A DNA stretch of 54,305 bases from Candidatus Uhrbacteria bacterium (GTDB lineage Bacteria > Patescibacteriota > Patescibacteriia > UBA9934 > UBA10169), in contig JACPJO010000004.1 of assembly GCA_016187485.1 (NCBI GenBank), positions 1 to 54,305 on the forward strand, written 5' to 3'. The notes under the pieces are model-generated. The model was not told where the DNA came from, did no database searches, and worked only from the letters and a program-made list of their open reading frames with translations. A program made the position numbers and the translations under genes. The stretch's first letter is position 1; every line of letters starts with the position of its first letter. Positions 27,547 to 36,700 of the stretch are shown piece after piece.

Positions 27547-27977
27547 AAAGAAAGGGAGGCGCGGAGATTAGCGAGACGTTGAATTGCTTCTTCGATACGC
27601 GCATCATTGGCGCCGGCATACGCGCGGCGTAGGCTATCGAGCGCAATCACCATTTGCAGATGCGCATCTTTGGATTCGACAGGTACGCGCAACGCCAGAA
27701 ACTCTGCACCGGCAGCGGAAACCACATCTTCACGCGCACCGAGCGTTGCGGCAAGAGCCAGGCGCTCGTCCATCGTGAACAAAACTCGCAGAGCAGAATC
27801 TTTGTAAGAAGACGGCGAGGCGCTATCACGGGGCGCTTCTGCGAAGAACGGCGCGCGCGCTGTGGGTACATAGAGCCACAACACGACCGCGGCAAGCGCG
27901 ACAGTGATTGCCACGACGGCAAGGGGAAAGAGGCTTCGGTGGTGATGCGCATGGAACATACTACGCCGTCTCAGCAT
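27543..27977 (-). CDS. Membrane-anchored hypothetical protein
   Basis: A 144-aa ORF with an N-terminal TM segment (LFPLAVVAITVALAAVVLWLYV). Confidence 0.6.
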   Translation of the reverse strand: MLRRRSMFHAHHHRSLFPLAVVAITVALAAVVLWLYVPTARAPFFAEAPRDSASPSSYKDSALRVLFTMDERLALAATLGAREDVVSAAGAEFLALRVPVESKDAHLQMVIALDSLRRAYAGANDARIEEAIQRLANLRASLSL

Positions 27978-28968
27978 CGTAGAAGAGATCTTCCATCACC
28001 ACGGATACCATCGTCGCCACCGGAATCGCAAAGATAGCGCCCACAAGTCCGCCAAGTTTCAATCCAATCAAGAGGGCAACAATGCTCACCACGGGATTCA
28101 GGCCCGTGACTTTCTGCATAACGCGCGGCACAAGAATATTGTTTTCCGCCTGCTGGATGAGAACATAGAGCAAAAGAACAAGCCCGCCCTTTGTCGGAGA
28201 TTCTGTGAACGCCAGCACAATGGCGGGGATGGAAGAGAGGATGGGACCGAGATAGGGAATGATCTCCAGAACTCCGGCAAGCAGCGCGAGCACGAGAGCG
28301 TAGCGGACATCAATAATAGAGAGGCCGATATAGGTAAGCACGCCGATGATAAGGCCCAAAATGATTTGTCCGCGCAGCCACTGCCCGATTTTTTCACGCA
28401 TGCGCTCAATCAACTGCGTAAGATAAGGCTGATACTCGTGCGGGGCCACCGTGCGGAACACGCGCGCGAGCGCTTGTTCTTCCACCACCATATAAAACGT
28501 AAGTACCAGAACGATGATCGCCGCGGCCACCCCCCCCACAAACCCACTTACCGTTTGAGAAAAGCTTTGCAGCGTAGCGAAAATCTGGCTTGGCGTATTC
28601 CCTGTTCCAATCGTGAAGCGGCGGAATTCATCGAGGACTTTGGAGAGCTCCTGTGTGTACCCAAACGATTGGACGAGTTGCGTGGCTTGTTCGATAAGCG
28701 GCGGAATGAACAGAAGAAATGCGAGTCCTATCACCACGACTAAACACAGATAAATAACGATGACAGAAAGACCGCGAGGAATGTGGTGCTCGGCAAGCCA
28801 ATCGGCAAATGGATCAATAAGCGCAGCGAGCAACAGCGCCACAAACAACATAGCGACGATGTCGCGCAAAAACCACACAAGCGCGAAACCGAGCAGGACC
28901 AGAATCACTTTGACGATCGTCCACGTGCCCACGCCAACCACATGAGCTCCTCCATTTTTGAGAGACAT
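27961..28968 (-). CDS. AI-2E family transporter (PerM/UPF0118)
   Basis: A polytopic protein whose C-terminal region, QQAENNILVPRVMQKVTGLNPVVSIVALLIG...GAIFAIPV, is typical of the AI-2E family. Confidence 0.85.
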   Translation of the reverse strand: MSLKNGGAHVVGVGTWTIVKVILVLLGFALVWFLRDIVAMLFVALLLAALIDPFADWLAEHHIPRGLSVIVIYLCLVVVIGLAFLLFIPPLIEQATQLVQSFGYTQELSKVLDEFRRFTIGTGNTPSQIFATLQSFSQTVSGFVGGVAAAIIVLVLTFYMVVEEQALARVFRTVAPHEYQPYLTQLIERMREKIGQWLRGQIILGLIIGVLTYIGLSIIDVRYALVLALLAGVLEIIPYLGPILSSIPAIVLAFTESPTKGGLVLLLYVLIQQAENNILVPRVMQKVTGLNPVVSIVALLIGLKLGGLVGAIFAIPVATMVSVVMEDLFYDAETA

Positions 28969-28995
28969 AGTAGAAACAGTGTAGCAAATGCTCCG

Positions 28996-29280
28996 TCAAC
29001 TGTCATTTGAAATATGGCGATACCCGATACGTACCAGTGTTTCAGAAAGCTGTCGTTTTAGTTGAGCTCTTCCGTTTCCACCTTTAAGATACTTCTCTCG
29101 TCTCTTCGCTTCAAACATTGTTGGATAAGCTTCATAATAGATAAGCTGAAGAGGAAGTCGTTGCTGGGTAGCTGGAACGAGACCTTGCAAATGCTTTTTC
29201 ATCCTCGCTTCGAGATCCTCCGTATAACCAACATACAACCTGTGGTCTTTGAAACTAAAGAGGACGTAAACAAAAAACAT
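28996..29280 (-). CDS. GIY-YIG nuclease superfamily protein (small, UPF0213-like)
   Basis: MFFVYVLFSFKDHRLYVGYTEDLEARMKKH...IYYEAY...A.RREKYLKGG matches GIY...YVG...R...E. The start at 29280 is preferred over 29310. Confidence 0.8.
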   Translation of the reverse strand: MFFVYVLFSFKDHRLYVGYTEDLEARMKKHLQGLVPATQQRLPLQLIYYEAYPTMFEAKRREKYLKGGNGRAQLKRQLSETLVRIGYRHISNDS

Positions 29281-29351
29281 ACAGGGGAAGTATAACAAAA
29301 GACCAGCCATAAGGCTGATCTTTTTTGCCGAGCTGATCTCTAAGAGCGATG

Positions 29352-29452
29352 GGCCAGCTAAGCTGGCCTGCCCTCGCTGAGCTATTCATCCTGTTGGTCT
29401 TTTAGCCAAGCTAAGCTTGGCTCTGACCGGAACCAACCGAGCTCAGCTCGGT
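29352..29452. repeat. Three related AGCT-core palindromes just 3' of the tmRNA
   Basis: GGCCAGCT-a-AGCTGGCC (29352-29368), AGCCAAGCT-a-AGCTTGGCT (29404-29422) and ACCGAGCT-c-AGCTCGGT (29436-29452). Confidence 0.7.
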
Positions 29453-29842
29453 GGTGGAGCTGGAGGGATTTGAACCCTCATCCGAAGAACTTGTTTCCTT
29501 ACACGTTTTTCAAGCGAAGTCTCGTGGATATACTGCAGGCGGGCAAGCACGAGACCACCAACCCTCTTGCAGACTCACGGCCAGTCAGAACGGAATGCGT
29601 GAGTGAACACCCCGCCCTCAAGTCCTCAAGATATAACACCCGTGAGGCCGCCCGAGGACAGACAGCTGCGGATGCAGAGCTCGCGCTTAGGCGAGCGCTG
29701 GAACGAATGCGGGCATAGAAAATGCCGCGCGGATTCGGTTGAAGATATTGGCAAGTAATCTTCTTGTGCCGGTGTTAACGAAGTCGGCACCCTTCGGCTT
29801 GCGTGTGAAGGGCATGGCTCCCGTCGAAACCAAATCAGCCCC
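29452..29842 (-). ncRNA. ssrA: tmRNA (SsrA)
   Basis: On the minus strand the 5' end is GGGGCTGATTTGGTTTCGACGGG and the 3' end is GGGTTCAAATCCCTCCAGCTCCACCA (tRNA-Ala-like acceptor/T-arm). The internal tag frame is GCC AAT ... GCG CTC GCC TAA (29752-29687), giving ANIFNRIRAAFSMPAFVPALA*, with the stop in a hairpin loop. It is adjacent to smpB. Confidence 0.9.
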
Positions 29843-29846
29843 ATGT

Positions 29847-30320
29847 CTACTCATCTCGCGTATACATACGCGTGCGGAGCTCGCGATCGAGCTCTTTCTT
29901 TTTTATCGCGGCGCGCTTTTCATAATTCTTTTTGCCGCGTGCCAGCGCAATCTCTACCTTTACCAACCGGCCCTTCATATAAACACGCAAAGGGACGACC
30001 GTCAACCCCGCCTCTTGGCGTTTTCCAAACCATCGCTTCAATTCCCGCGTATGTAAAAGCAGCTGCCGCTCGCGCGTGGAATCATAGGCGATATTTCCCG
30101 CCGGTTTGTAGCGCCCAATATGCGCTCCGCGAAGCGTTGCCCGCGTGGGGTCCACCGTGACATAACTTCCCTGCAGTTGGACGTCCCCCTCGCGCACGGC
30201 TTTCACCTCCGCACCCGTAAGCGCAATCCCCGCTTCAAGCGTCTCTAAAATTTCATAGTCAAAACGCGCGCGCCGAGCGGCAGCAATCGTGCCTTTTTTC
30301 TTTGGTTTTTTTGCTGTCAT
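29847..30320 (-). CDS. smpB: SsrA-binding protein SmpB
   Basis: ARFDYEILETLEAGIALTGAEVKAVREG...LLLHTRELKR...VVPLRVYMKGRLVKVEIALARGKK is canonical SmpB. Confidence 0.93.
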   Translation of the reverse strand: MTAKKPKKKGTIAAARRARFDYEILETLEAGIALTGAEVKAVREGDVQLQGSYVTVDPTRATLRGAHIGRYKPAGNIAYDSTRERQLLLHTRELKRWFGKRQEAGLTVVPLRVYMKGRLVKVEIALARGKKNYEKRAAIKKKELDRELRTRMYTRDE

Positions 30321-30323
30321 AGG

Positions 30324-30352
30324 TTGACAAGCTCCTCTTCCAGTCGTAAGCT
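30324..30352 (+). promoter_or_regulatory. Possible promoter of infC-rpmI-rplT
   Basis: TTGACA (30324-30329), a 17-nt spacer, then TAAGCT (30347-30352). The -10 box is weak. Confidence 0.3.
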
Positions 30353-30404
30353 ATCGCCATTATTCTATATTTCCGGAGCTTTGCAAAACGGCTCCTCTGA
30401 AGAA

Positions 30405-30956
30405 ATGCGCATCCATCGCCACCGCCAGCAAAAACCCAAGCTCAACGTTCCCGAATTTAAGGTGAACGAATTCATTGATAGCGAGACGCTTCGCGTGATT
30501 GATGAGCACGATGAAATGCTGGGCGTCATACCAACAGCAAAGGCACTTGAGCTTGCGCAAAGCCGCGAACTAGATTTGGTGGAGGTGTCCCCCAAAGCCG
30601 TGCCGCCCGTGGCAAAACTTTTGAACTACGGACAGTTCCGCTACCAAAAAGAGAAGGAGGCAAAGAAGCAGAAGGCGCAGTCTAAAGAAGTGGAGGTGAA
30701 AGGCATCCGTTTGTCGCTGCGCATTGCTGACGGCGACTTCAACGTACGGCTTGCCAGCGCCAAGAAGTTCATGGAGGAAGGTAACAAGATTCGCATTGAA
30801 ATGATTCTGCGCGGCCGCGAGAAAGGGCACGGCGATTTGGCTAGCGAAATCATTGAACGATTTATTACGGCCCTACGCGCGTACTTTCCCCTGCGTATCG
30901 AGCAGACGGTGAAACGGATGGGGGGTCGGGTAACGGCCATTGTGGCTCGCGAGTAA
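30405..30956 (+). CDS. infC: Translation initiation factor IF-3
   Basis: ETLRVIDEHDEMLGVIPTAKALELAQSRELDLVEVSPKAVPPVAKLLNYGQFRYQ...KGIRLSLRIADGDF. The start is uncertain; ATG at 30405 was chosen, and IF-3 genes often use atypical starts. Confidence 0.85.
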   Translation: MRIHRHRQQKPKLNVPEFKVNEFIDSETLRVIDEHDEMLGVIPTAKALELAQSRELDLVEVSPKAVPPVAKLLNYGQFRYQKEKEAKKQKAQSKEVEVKGIRLSLRIADGDFNVRLASAKKFMEEGNKIRIEMILRGREKGHGDLASEIIERFITALRAYFPLRIEQTVKRMGGRVTAIVARE

Positions 30957-31001
30957 CCTTTGACAGAAAATCCCCCTTCCATTAGAATCCCCCCGTATTT
31001 T

Positions 31002-31205
31002 ATGAAACAGAAAACGCACAAAGCAACGTCCAAACGGGTCCACGTGACAAAGGGCGGGAAAGCCCTGAAGCGCACAGCGGGCCAGGACCATTTCAATAGC
31101 CGCGAGCGCGGCAACACGACGCGCAACAAGCGCAGCGACAAGGCCGTGCCGGCAGCGTACAAGTCCACCGTGAAAGTCCTTATTCCTTACGCGCACGTAA
31201 AATAA
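31002..31205 (+). CDS. rpmI: 50S ribosomal protein L35
   Basis: MKQKTHKATSKRVHVTKGGKALKRTAGQDHF. The internal start at 31002 within ORF 30960..31205 is preferred. Confidence 0.85.
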   Translation: MKQKTHKATSKRVHVTKGGKALKRTAGQDHFNSRERGNTTRNKRSDKAVPAAYKSTVKVLIPYAHVK

Positions 31206-31206
31206 T

Positions 31207-31554
31207 ATGCCACGAGTAAAACGGGGCATGATTCATGCCAAGAAACGCCGCAACCTTTTAAAGGCCGCAAAGGGCTACAAGTGGGGGCGCAAAGCAAAAG
31301 TGAGGTTAGCACGCGTCGCCGTGCTGAAGGCCGGCGTGAACGCTTATCGCGATCGCCGCCTGAAGAAACGCGACAACCGCCAGCTCCAGCAGATCCGCAT
31401 CAACGCCGCGGTGCGCGCCCTGGACCTCTCGTATTCCCGATTCATCCATGCACTCAAAGAAGCAGGCGTCGCTCTCGACCGCAAAGTGCTTGCCGAAATT
31501 GCCATGAAATATCCAGAGGTGTTCAAAGGAATTGTGGCGGCCGTAAAAAAGTAA
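31207..31554 (+). CDS. rplT: 50S ribosomal protein L20
   Basis: MPRVKRGMIHAKKRRNLLKAAKGYKWGR...YRDRRLKKRDNRQLQQIRINAA. Confidence 0.93.
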   Translation: MPRVKRGMIHAKKRRNLLKAAKGYKWGRKAKVRLARVAVLKAGVNAYRDRRLKKRDNRQLQQIRINAAVRALDLSYSRFIHALKEAGVALDRKVLAEIAMKYPEVFKGIVAAVKK

Positions 31555-31600
31555 TGCCAACACTCGCCGCAAGGCGGGTGTTTTGCTATAGTACAGTGGT

Positions 31601-31921
31601 ATGAAAAAACAACTTCTTTTCTCTCTTGCCGCAGCTCTTGTGTTGGTCGGGGCGGGATGCGCGAAGGCACCCGAACGCCAAGATACGACTGCCGAGGAAC
31701 AACCATCGAAATCTCAAAACGACGCGGCATACGCGCGTTTGCAGGTGGCCAACAAGGAGCTTACCGACCTGATGATTGAGGCCAGCCAACAAGGCGTAGA
31801 TGTAAGCGCGTACCGCAAAGTGCAGGGCGAAGCGACCTATAAATCTCTCTCCAATCCTGTAGCCGCCGCGGAACTCATGGAGAAAGCCGTGATAGATCTT
31901 CGTGCAGAAATGAGCAAGTAA
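31601..31921 (+). CDS. Small putative lipoprotein
   Basis: MKKQLLFSLAAALVLVGAGC is a signal peptide with Cys20. Confidence 0.6.
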   Translation: MKKQLLFSLAAALVLVGAGCAKAPERQDTTAEEQPSKSQNDAAYARLQVANKELTDLMIEASQQGVDVSAYRKVQGEATYKSLSNPVAAAELMEKAVIDLRAEMSK

Positions 31922-31922
31922 T

Positions 31923-33179
31923 ATGATGCGTGGGATTGAGCGTTATCACGAGGCTGTCGCGTTTCTTGAGTCGCTTTCCAAAATTCAAAAGGAGGATTAC
32001 ATGTCCCCCATCGCTAACCGCGCGAAGTGTATTGCGCGGTTGCGTTTTTTGCTGCGTGAGATCGGCAATCCTGAACAAACAATCCCGCATTTCGTCCACG
32101 TGGGCGGCACGTCGGGCAAAGGCACAACGACCATGATGATCGCCAACGGCCTGTCTGCAGACGGATACAAAGTCGGTGCCTATACGTCCCCGCACGTGAC
32201 CACCGTAATCGAGCGCCTGTGGGTGAGCGGGAAGCTCATGAAGGCAGAAGAGTTTACCGAGCTTGTCCATTGGATAAAGCCTGCGCTTCTCGCGTGCCTT
32301 GAAAAGTCCCGCTTCGGCATCCCTTCCCTTTTGGAGACGGAATTCGCCATTGCGCTTGAATATTTCCGACGGCAAAAATGCACATGGGCCGTCGTGGAGG
32401 TTGGCTGTGGAGGCGAGTTCGATGCGACAAACGTGATTCCACCGCCGCGCGTGGCTGTTCTCACAAATGTGGGGCTCGACCACACGGAGATTTTAGGGAA
32501 GACCACGACAGCGATTGCTAAAACGAAGGCGGGAATTTTCAAACGGGGGTCGGCGGTCTTCACGAGCGAGCATGATAAAAAGATAGGTGCTCTTTTGATG
32601 CGTGAGGCAACACGGCTGGGTGTGGCATCGTTTACGCGCGTGACAGGATCTAATGGCGAGGTGGCAGAAGAGGTGCTGCGCTATCTTGGTGTTTCTACAA
32701 GTGCAATTCGCCGTGCACACAGAGAAACACGACTCCCTGGACGCCGCGAGGTGGTGACGACGAAACCGTTTGTGATGTTGGACGGAGCACACAATCCCGA
32801 CAAGATGCGCTATAGCGTAACCGAATGGCAAAAGGCAGGACACGGAAAAGCGACAGTTGTGTTTGGGATAGCGGCTGACAAAGACGCACAAGAAATTCTG
32901 CGGGCGCTTTCCCCCATCACTCGGCGATTTTACTTTACGCCGTTCGCCACCACCTCGCGGCATTGCGCTAATCCCAAGCACTTGGCGCAGATGGCAAAAA
33001 AGATTTCTCCAAAAATTCCATCGAGAATATTTTTAGACTCCAAAGAGGCATTTGACGCCGCCAGAAAAATAAACGACCCGGTGCTTGTGACCGGATCGTT
33101 CTTTTTGGTTTCTGATCTACGCGAGCGGTGGGTAACCGAGGAAGAAATTTTGCGTGCACGTTCCTCCTTCCTTCGCTAA
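31923..33179 (+). CDS. Folylpolyglutamate synthase/dihydrofolate synthase-like Mur-ligase family protein
   Basis: P-loop VHVGGTSGKGTT, followed by ...EVGCGGEFDATNV...LTNVGLDHTEILG...LDGAHNPDK. Confidence 0.8.
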   Translation: MMRGIERYHEAVAFLESLSKIQKEDYMSPIANRAKCIARLRFLLREIGNPEQTIPHFVHVGGTSGKGTTTMMIANGLSADGYKVGAYTSPHVTTVIERLWVSGKLMKAEEFTELVHWIKPALLACLEKSRFGIPSLLETEFAIALEYFRRQKCTWAVVEVGCGGEFDATNVIPPPRVAVLTNVGLDHTEILGKTTTAIAKTKAGIFKRGSAVFTSEHDKKIGALLMREATRLGVASFTRVTGSNGEVAEEVLRYLGVSTSAIRRAHRETRLPGRREVVTTKPFVMLDGAHNPDKMRYSVTEWQKAGHGKATVVFGIAADKDAQEILRALSPITRRFYFTPFATTSRHCANPKHLAQMAKKISPKIPSRIFLDSKEAFDAARKINDPVLVTGSFFLVSDLRERWVTEEEILRARSSFLR

Positions 33180-33587
33180 TTATTGACGAAAGAACCATTC
33201 TTGCTTCATAAGCCGCCACGCCCCAGCCCCATGCGTCCAAACGACAAACATGGCGCCGAGAAGAACAAGGGGGAGTTCCGCCGCCAGAAAGGGCTTACCG
33301 AGGTGAGCCACAAGAAGCGCCACGATCATGTTTATACCAAGCAAGAACGCACCCGAGCGGGCATGGACGCCAAGCACGAGCGCAATGCCGCCGACAAACT
33401 CCACAAGTGCCACGACCCACGCGGCAACGGCGACTACGGGAATATTGAGGCTCTCAAAAAAGGCTTGCGTGGCCTGCATGTCGTCGAGCTTGAGCCAGCC
33501 GTGATAAATAAAAACTGCACCAGCCGCAAGGCGCAAGAGGAAAAGGGCAAGGTCCCTTCCCTGTGCGCTGTAGCAATACTGCTTCAT
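33180..33587 (-). CDS. DoxX-family membrane protein
   Basis: LALFLLRLAAGAVFIYHGWLKL...VALVEFVGGIALVLG. Confidence 0.8.
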   Translation of the reverse strand: MKQYCYSAQGRDLALFLLRLAAGAVFIYHGWLKLDDMQATQAFFESLNIPVVAVAAWVVALVEFVGGIALVLGVHARSGAFLLGINMIVALLVAHLGKPFLAAELPLVLLGAMFVVWTHGAGAWRLMKQEWFFRQ

Positions 33588-33676
33588 AGAAAATGATAAA
33601 GAATAAAAAGATGGGGGTATTGTAACGGGGACATGTCGTCAAATTCAAGGATAGAGTGGGGGTAAGATTTAGACGT

Positions 33677-33711
33677 ATGAAAAACACTCACGCAAAGTGA
33701 GTGTTTTTCAT
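33677..33711. terminator. 15-bp perfect hairpin downstream of the giant STAND gene
   Basis: ATGAAAAACACTCAC-gcaaa-GTGAGTGTTTTTCAT. Confidence 0.6.
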
Positions 33712-33781
33712 GGCGGGACGTGATGGAACGGGTGGGAATGCATTTTATGGCCGTAACGGTATAAACGGCTCCCAAACACGC

Positions 33782-36700
33782 CTAAGGCATGCTTGGCGGA
33801 AGAATAATGGGACTTACGTTTAGCAAACGATACTGTTCAACCTTCTGTACGTCTCCGTAGCCGTGTTCTTGATGACGATAGGTGGATTGAACCAGGTAGC
33901 CCATCCTCAGCCCGTTCTGGCTCAAGAAGCCTTCCAGGAACGTCCGATCAATTTGCAGCCATTGGCCGTAGGGTAATGGCATGTCCATATTATTTCTCTC
34001 CTTCAAGCCCTCTATCCAATCGCTGTGGGTAATTATTGTCTCTTCTCCGTTCCTGTACTCGTAGATTAGCCCCCGTATTTCTCCTGTAGAATCCTGCCTA
34101 ATTTCCGGTACGGGAAGGAATTGTAGTTGATAATCTCTAAAATATTGCCAAAGGTTTATGGTCAAATCACGGGTGCGAGCAACTAGAGGGTAAACGATCA
34201 AATCTTTTATTTTTGTTGGATTTAAATGGAGTGGATACAGGCATGCCGCTGGATTATCCAAAAAACTAAAAGGAGACGGAGTGTGCGTTGGTATTAGGGT
34301 GAGAGCGGGGTTGTTTACAATTAATTTCGCCACTTCTTCAGCGGTTGGAAGCTCAGAACCAACCACCTCATACGCAAAGCCTATCACGGAAATTGAATGA
34401 TGGGGATCGGTCTTAGCTGTAGGTGGTGGCATGATGGCGCCCTCAAAAGCTAAGAAGGGTTTGTCTTGGTTGATTGCCAGAATTGATTCAACTGGGGTCT
34501 GTAGATCAGCCTCCACCAGTCCCACTTCTGTCAAGCGCCCTTCAGCTAATCTTGGCCACCAGGCCGGAAGCCTTCCCATGATTTTTTGCCAAATACCTAA
34601 ATCTACTGGCAAAGTTGCATAGGCATATTCAAGGTAGAAATCTTCTGGAATCTTTCCGTCTACGTAGAAGCTGTGAAGCACTCTCAGGAAAGCTGACCTG
34701 TAAGCTTCACTGACGCGTGTAGACATCCCAACCAGCGATGCGCCTCGCTCTCTTCCTTGGAAATGTCCTGCCCCTGCATTTAAAGAAATTCCATTTTCAT
34801 GGATGAGCACTGAAGAGGTATGTGCCCATTGCTTAATAAAACCGACACCAATCTTCCCTTCAATATCTTTAGCTCGTTCGTAATAGATTGGAGCTAAAAA
34901 TGATTTAATATATTTCTGGAAAAAATCATCTATGACAAAAGCGGTAGGTGCCGTAGAGACCATCCCAAAAGGCGGCAGGACAATAGCCTCAATATCTTCA
35001 TCTAAAAGAGCGGCTAACTCCTGAAGTAATTCTTGAATTACAGCTGAGTTTACCTTCAAATTCGAAACAATATCCGCGAGTTTTATGTAAGAGATGTTTT
35101 CTTTTGCGGTCAATGAAGATGCTCGGATTAAACACAGGAGATAGATAGCCACAACACTCTCAAGAGGTGCTCGTTGAAGTTTATCAAGGAACTTTTTGTA
35201 TAATCCTTCTCGTTCCGAAGAAGAAATAAGCAGCTGAGCAATTGCTGTCGCGGCTCGTTCTCGAACCAGTGGACTTGGCCATGTTAATCGTTGAACTACC
35301 AGGTCGAACTCGTCCACTTCATCAGCAGCGTACCTGACCTCTTCCCAGATAGGCGGGGGTAATTTAGTTTCCGCCATTAGGGAGTCGGCAAAGATGATAC
35401 TTGCCTCGGTGATGATTTCTGCGTTCACAAGGTCACCGAATAACACAAAGAAGTCGACAGCACGTGCGATGGGCACAAAGTATTCCAAACCGTCCCTCCA
35501 TTTGCTCCCAACAGCGATGCTATTTTCGAAAAACTCTAAATGACGTGTCGGGTATTTATCTCGTAGAAACGCCCAGCGTGCTTCTGCCTTCTTTTTGTCA
35601 GTCCAATAGGATTGCCAGCCGTTATCGTTTGCCTGTGCACGACAAAGCAAATCAAATGCTCGTCCATTATTGAATTCGTAGGCCAGAGGATAGAGTACGT
35701 CGAGTAGCTCTCCACCAAGATGATTTAACTCAGCTTCGGGTACTACAGCAACAAAGCTCCTGTAGACCTGCTCTTTATTTCCATTGCCGAGCCAATATAT
35801 AAGCCATCCATGCAAATATACTTCTCGTTCCCACGGGCTATCAAACCTCCTTTCATTTACACTTTGTACCAAAACATCCGGAGGAACACTGCTGAAATCT
35901 TCAGCAGAGGCCGGACGAGTATAGGGAGTCGGAGCATCTTTTTCTGGGTAAGTTATTTCCCCAAAGTAATCCGTAATCGTACTCAAGGCCTTAGCGGCAC
36001 CTTCTTGTTTCTGTGCAACGATACCGAGCGACTTGTATGAATCCTCATCAAGAGCTGTTGTTGCTAGCGCGGTAGATACATCGGAATCATACGGCGATGA
36101 TTGAACAATGACTTCGAAGAGATCTTCCGCGTGGAATAAGTACTCTGAGTCTGCATTTACATAGTAGTCCTTATATAGAGTCGGTCGATCAAATTTATCA
36201 AAGACTTGAGCAAGATTCAGTGAAAGATGATTGGTTCCATCTCCATCGGTATATTCAGTTACGTTTTCTACAATTGGTGCGATCGATGCCAGCCAATGAC
36301 GCATTTTTACTGCTTCAACACCTGCTGTTCCACAAGCCAAAATGGCATCTAGCACTCCATCTAGGTACATGTCCTTGTGATAGCCGTATCCGAGAAGATT
36401 TTTTGCAGAATCTAAAAGTAACTCTTTTGCACGTTCAGTGTCTCCCTGAATCCTGCAAAGTGTAGCGAGATCAGCGAAAGAAGCAGTTCTTTCTGAAAAG
36501 TATCCCACTGATTCCTTGAGATTTGTAACTTGAGTCTCATTAAAATGAGCATGTGCCGCACTCGAAAAAACCGGCTTACACTGCTTGATAGAAAATTCTA
36601 ATAGATTAGCCGCATTAAAAAACGGAGTACTTAAAATCGATATGACATCCTCCGGTGTGAATTGATGTAATGATTCGACGGCGATTTTTAACATCACTAA

